Virus record (IMG/VR): IMGVR_UViG_3300017903_002919 | Span: 1 to 26,723 of that record | DNA from: a virus | Lineage: Duplodnaviria > Caudoviricetes | Length of the DNA: 26,723 nt | Direction: 5' to 3' (one strand) | Shown here: positions 25,160-26,723 of the stretch, piece after piece | Layout: each line of letters opens with the position of its first letter | Position numbering within the stretch: the first letter of the stretch is position 1 | The notes under the pieces: model-generated | What the model saw: only the letters and a program-made list of their open reading frames with translations | Database searches by the model: none | Told to the model about the DNA's origin: nothing | Made by a program: the position numbers and the translations under genes

Positions 25160-25368
25160 TAGTTTTGATTAAAGAAGTGAGCAGGAACACAGTGCCAGGT
25201 GTCACCTATAACAGTGTGAATGTAGATAAGTTTTCGGTAATCGTTAGTCTTACATTCTTGTTTTGCCTGGTTGTTTGCTACAACAGCCAAACTCCTTGTG
25301 GATAACATACCGATACCAAGACCTGCGATGACTGAAAGAAAAATTGATGATAGTTGTTGTTTGTGCAT
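25159..25368 (-). CDS. Small protein with N-terminal TM/signal segment
   Basis: 69 aa, hydrophobic N-terminus, two Cys, TAATG coupling to the MarR gene. Confidence 0.65.
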   Translation of the reverse strand: MHKQQLSSIFLSVIAGLGIGMLSTRSLAVVANNQAKQECKTNDYRKLIYIHTVIGDTWHCVPAHFFNQN

Positions 25369-25412
25369 TTGTGTAACGAGGTGAACTACGTAAAATAAGG
25401 TGCGGATTTATA

Positions 25413-25426
25413 GTAACAACGACTAC
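25413..25426. promoter_or_regulatory. NtcA-like box
   Basis: GTAACAACGACTAC (GTA-N8-TAC) lies between a TAAAAT hexamer (25391-25396) and the GGAG/ATG of the YRG gene. Confidence 0.35.
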
Positions 25427-25441
25427 AAAGCCGGAGTTACC

Positions 25442-25609
25442 ATGGAAGCTGCTTTACTGCTGCACCTGAATCGCAATAAAGCTCGCGCACATCGTGAAGA
25501 GGTGAAGAATCAGCTAGACCGCATGATGATGGAGGATACAATCATCAGAGAACAGATCCTCACTTATCGCGGAGTCCCTTACGTTAAGTTAGTCTGTCAG
25601 TTTGCGTGA
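25442..25609 (+). CDS. DUF4278-like small protein (LTYRGVPY motif)
   Basis: ATG at 25442 preceded by GGAG (ORF open from 25400). LTYRGVPY is the YRG motif of cyanobacterial DUF4278 proteins. Confidence 0.7.
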   Translation: MEAALLLHLNRNKARAHREEVKNQLDRMMMEDTIIREQILTYRGVPYVKLVCQFA

Positions 25610-25792
25610 GAGTTCACTAGCTTTCATGATGCGTTCTAGAGTCTTTAACCCTTGTATGGTTGAAGGCTGTAGTTCGTAAGCACGAATCAGTTTGAGTCTC
25701 AAATCATCTTTGAGATCTAAGAAAGAAACTGGACTGATACTATCGAGTATAAACAAGATAGCTTCTGTGTAGATTTCGTCAGTTGGTGTCAT
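25589..25792 (-). CDS. Hypothetical protein
   Basis: 67 aa with an ATGA overlap with the upstream gene. Confidence 0.65.
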   Translation of the reverse strand: MTPTDEIYTEAILFILDSISPVSFLDLKDDLRLKLIRAYELQPSTIQGLKTLERIMKASELSRKLTD

Positions 25793-26223
25793 TTGTTTGA
25801 TTGGTTGTACTGTTCGGAAAGTTGACCGTGGAGCTTATGAATCTGATCTTGAAGTTTGTCCGCTTTAACTTCTGCCGCATCAATCTCACAAATCATGTCG
25901 TACGCTTCTTTACCTTTAGCTGCTGCTAAAAGCTCAAGATGATGTACGACTTCTTGCATGTATTCCACATGGATTTGCATAGAAGTGCCTGTCCACTTTT
26001 GAACTGTGTTCACTTCTTCATCAGAACAATCACACTCCCACTTGTGCAACACGTTTGTTTCAATCAATCGCGCTGCACTGAAATACGATGATGCTCTGTG
26101 AAGCATGCTGTCCGCTTTGCCTCTGTTCTTTGTTTGCGATCGAAACTTGTTTCGTTCGTCGACAAGTTCATTCCACTGTTTATTAGTTGAAAGAAACTCT
26201 TCAAAAGATTTGGTTGTAGACAT
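25789..26223 (-). CDS. Hypothetical coiled-coil protein
   Basis: 144-aa ATG ORF. Confidence 0.75.
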   Translation of the reverse strand: MSTTKSFEEFLSTNKQWNELVDERNKFRSQTKNRGKADSMLHRASSYFSAARLIETNVLHKWECDCSDEEVNTVQKWTGTSMQIHVEYMQEVVHHLELLAAAKGKEAYDMICEIDAAEVKADKLQDQIHKLHGQLSEQYNQSNK

Positions 26224-26225
26224 GA

Positions 26226-26342
26226 TCAGATACGAAGTAAACGTGCAATGAAACGAGCGAGAGTGTGACGCAAGCGTGGTGACTTGTAGATGCCAGTCGT
26301 CACGAAGTTGTTCTCACTGATGCGCCAGGAGCGTAAGGTCAT
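26226..26342 (-). CDS. Small basic peptide (38 aa; not in ORF track)
   Basis: MTLRSWRISENNFVTTGIYKSPRLRHTLARFIARLLRI. First ORF after the promoter at 26374-26403; its stop lies 2 nt before the next ATG. Confidence 0.55.
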   Translation of the reverse strand: MTLRSWRISENNFVTTGIYKSPRLRHTLARFIARLLRI

Positions 26343-26373
26343 GTTGTTTTGATGAGATTGTGCCAACGTTGGC

Positions 26374-26403
26374 AATATAAAAGCAAAATGCAGATGGTGT
26401 CAA
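26374..26403 (-). promoter_or_regulatory. Sigma70-type promoter with palindrome at the start site
   Basis: TTGACA (26403-26398)-18 nt-TATATT (26379-26374), followed by the perfect 14-bp palindrome TGCCAACGTTGGCA (26361-26374). Confidence 0.75.
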
Positions 26404-26413
26404 GTGATGATGT

Positions 26414-26704
26414 TTAAACGAAACCAACTGAATACCTGTTGACATCAGGTTGATCTTTGAAGTGTGCATTAACCACAGCGACAGCAACGTGGTCACACTC
26501 TGTGTCTCGCAGACCGAACTCCACGAAGTCATTCAAAACCATGTATACACGGCGTAGACCTGTATGCGGATCTTGTGATGCGTTGAGTGCTCGCTGACAG
26601 CTGGTGTTGATTAGCTCAACAACTTCATCTGGTGTGTCTAAATAACACTCCCAGTCTTCACGTGACATTGGAAGTTTGTACGTCTTTGGGTTTGATCGGG
26701 CCAT
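26414..26704 (-). CDS. Hypothetical protein
   Basis: 96-aa ATG ORF with an FG.RDTE motif. Confidence 0.7.
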   Translation of the reverse strand: MARSNPKTYKLPMSREDWECYLDTPDEVVELINTSCQRALNASQDPHTGLRRVYMVLNDFVEFGLRDTECDHVAVAVVNAHFKDQPDVNRYSVGFV

Positions 26705-26723
26705 GGTTTTAATTAGTTTGATC

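Noticed and set aside
25369-25441. Glutamine (Downstream-peptide/glnA) riboswitch upstream of the YRG gene
   Set aside because: The expected conserved segments are not visible on the + strand and the leader is short. An Infernal/Rfam search would be decisive.
1-26723. tRNA/rRNA genes, integrase, att sites, alternative genetic code
   Set aside because: No cloverleaf or rRNA-like sequence was recognised in the few gaps and no recombinase is present. Standard-code ORFs tile the window densely.

Overview
This 26.7-kb window is a gene-dense segment of a tailed dsDNA phage genome, very probably a cyanophage. The host inference rests on an NblA-like protein, a YRG/DUF4278-like protein, a cyanobacterial SH3-like domain in the endolysin and two NtcA-like boxes. 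Positions 1-6945 are mostly + strand and late-type: the end of a tail-fibre-like gene, HNH nucleases, a cluster of small Lys/Arg-rich proteins, a lysis region with a GH24-SH3-C39 endolysin, and thyX. Positions 6851-26723 are mostly - strand early and replication genes: primase-SF3 helicase, PD-(D/E)xK exonuclease, a degenerate DNA methyltransferase homologue, a tandem-OB SSB, an HNH-HTH protein, family A DNA polymerase, a DUF3150-like/MoxR AAA+/VWA operon, dCTP deaminase and a MarR-like regulator. Two near-consensus sigma70 promoters and two intrinsic terminators are visible. The best candidates for novelty are a possible nitrogen-responsive host-manipulation set (NblA-like, YRG protein, NtcA boxes), the early AAA+/VWA/DUF3150-like operon, the apparently dead MTase, and a split DUF5872-like gene. 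All family calls come from motif recognition by eye; no database searches were run.
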